From Agathobacter sp. (GTDB lineage Bacteria; Bacillota; Clostridia; Lachnospirales; Lachnospiraceae), in NCBI GenBank assembly GCA_051880175.1, contig JBJENM010000162.1:17071-81070 (forward strand): a stretch of DNA of 64,000 nt, given 5' to 3'. This document shows positions 62,256 through 64,000 of this stretch, piece after piece. The position numbers and the translations under genes were made by a program. The notes under the pieces are model-generated. The model ran no database searches. It had not been told where the DNA came from and worked only from the letters and a program-made list of their open reading frames with translations. The number at the start of each line of letters is the position of its first letter. Position 1 is the stretch's first letter.

Positions 62256-62601
62256 ATTTTATTCTAAATGACTATTTGCAATCACTATTCCTATATTTTT
62301 CAATAAATGAAGGATCGTATTTTTCTTTCAAAACTCGAACTACGCAACTTTGGAAATAATCTCCGTCATCTGTCTCTATTTTAATAATATATGTTCCACT
62401 AAACTTTGCAACTATTATTAATAGTACTATTTTCCCGGCAAGTACTCAACAAATATACGAAAGTAGATTTAATAATTCGTCATTCAATAATTCGTATTGC
62501 TTCAAATGAACCTAATGATAAGAGTAATGAATGTATGGTTTCCCCATATGAAAAACAGCCTATACCTAATAATTTGAAAATATTAGGTACAGGCTATTTT
62601 A

Positions 62602-63999
62602 TTATGCGGTATACTTCTTTAATGTGGCACGAATTGCTCCGACACCTGCATTTAATTCTTTAAAGTATCCGATTACCTGATCTGCCATGCCGATTCCGTA
62701 AAGGTCAACACCAAAGATCTTCACATTGGAAAGGATTGGCTTCAGCTTCTCCTCCACTCCTTCGTTGTCTCCAAGCTTAATGTCTGAAACATATGGACAA
62801 ACCGTATCCAGAAGCGGGTCCGGACTAAGCTCAAAGGAGTTTCCGTTGTCATCCACTGCCATTAAGTAACGCACCCATCCGGCAAAAACAAGGGGAATCA
62901 GCTTAAGCTCTGCGAGCGGTTTTCCCTCTTTCTGATAATTTTTAATGGTCTCACCGAAACGAATGGCAAGCTTCTGCGAGGTATCTGTGGCAATACGCTG
63001 TGGGGTATCCGGCATAAACGGGTTCGGAATACGGACACCAAGTACAGTGTCGATGAATTCCTTCGGATCAAGCACTCCCGGATTGATGACTACCGGAAGC
63101 CCTTCCTTATATCCGATAATCTTTACCATCTTTTTAAGCTCTGCGTCCTTCATCTCCTCGGATATCTTGGTGTAGCCAAGAAGACATCCGAATATTGCAA
63201 GGGTGGTATGAAGCGGATTTAAGCAGGTGCAGACCTTCATGCGCTCCACCTTGTCTACGGTCTCCTTTGTGGTAAAAATGAGTCCGCCTTTTTCAAGCTC
63301 CGGCCGTCCGTTCGGGAACTCATCTTCAATTACCAGATACTCGGTCTCCTCTGCATTCACAAAAGGAGCAACATAGGTATTCTTAGAAGTGATCACCGGT
63401 TCAAGCTCCTCGATTCCATCTGCCTTTAAGATTTCTTCCACGGATGCGTCCGGTCTTGGAGTAATCTTATCAATCATAGTCCACGGGAAGGAAACCTTTG
63501 ACTTGTCATTGATATAATCAATAAATCCCTGGTCAGCAAATCCGTTTTCTACCCATTTTTCCGCAAATCCCTTCATTGCAGCATAGAGCTTGTCTCCATT
63601 GTGTGAGCAGTTGTCGGTACTCACCATGGCAATTGGTTTCTTACCATTCTCATAACGATGATATAACAGTGCTGCAACCTTTCCGATATAGCTGGCCGGC
63701 TTCTTCGGGCCGTTTGCAAAATCCGCTTCTACTGCCGGAAGTACCTGTCCTTTTCCGTCTACAAGGCTGTATCCCTTCTCGGTAATGGTAAATGTCGCAA
63801 GCTGAAGGGAATCCTTTGCAAAAATCTCTTTTAAACGTCCAAATTCAGCATCATTCTCAGAATCCAGAATACAAGACTCGGCGATAGAACCCACCACCGT
63901 CTTCTCAATGCTTCCATCTCCCTTTAAGGTAACAAGTATGGAGTAGTTATCGTTAGGGCGGTATTTTTTCTCAATGATTTCATAATCAAAGCCTTCCAC
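62602..63999 (-). CDS. Mannitol-dehydrogenase-family (fructuronate reductase-like) protein, 5' end outside the window
   Basis: FTITEKGY, STDNCSHNG, MIDKITP, KVCTCLNPLH, RIATDTSQKL motifs. Confidence 0.9.
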   Translation of the reverse strand: MEGFDYEIIEKKYRPNDNYSILVTLKGDGSIEKTVVGSIAESCILDSENDAEFGRLKEIFAKDSLQLATFTITEKGYSLVDGKGQVLPAVEADFANGPKKPASYIGKVAALLYHRYENGKKPIAMVSTDNCSHNGDKLYAAMKGFAEKWVENGFADQGFIDYINDKSKVSFPWTMIDKITPRPDASVEEILKADGIEELEPVITSKNTYVAPFVNAEETEYLVIEDEFPNGRPELEKGGLIFTTKETVDKVERMKVCTCLNPLHTTLAIFGCLLGYTKISEEMKDAELKKMVKIIGYKEGLPVVINPGVLDPKEFIDTVLGVRIPNPFMPDTPQRIATDTSQKLAIRFGETIKNYQKEGKPLAELKLIPLVFAGWVRYLMAVDDNGNSFELSPDPLLDTVCPYVSDIKLGDNEGVEEKLKPILSNVKIFGVDLYGIGMADQVIGYFKELNAGVGAIRATLKKYTA

Positions 64000-64000
64000 A

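Overview
A 64-kb chromosomal window from a Clostridia-class Firmicute, most likely Lachnospiraceae (inferred from gene content). From left to right: a comEA-response regulator-histidine kinase operon; an arginine cluster (argC-GNAT-argB-argD divergent from argG, with tandem ARG boxes); glnS; a small gene behind a LexA box; a CoA-substrate activase-like protein; a sensory [FeFe]-hydrogenase/MCP fusion; a frameshifted ECF sigma with anti-sigma and BlaI; and a three-gene cNMP-binding/CHASE2-adenylate cyclase/TIM-barrel operon. A ~25-kb arabinan utilisation locus follows (three GH43, one GH51, an ArsR regulator, and a dual ABC system with NHL-Yip1 and DUF5696-like proteins). The right end holds pnuC, a hybrid kinase, pdxK, a radical SAM gene, a TA pair, a TIR-TM-beta-propeller protein, AT-rich cassette-like genes and a truncated uxuB-like gene. 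The most unusual non-coding signals are two oppositely oriented arrays with an exact 75-bp period (TTACATATAA-N20-TTATATGTAA-N35), an 82-bp-period palindromic array nested in the ends of a ~180-bp hairpin element that occurs six times, and a duplicated ~115-bp unit between the AT-rich genes. No rRNA, tRNA, CRISPR-Cas, transposase or integrase was seen. All family calls come from motif recognition by eye, not from database searches.
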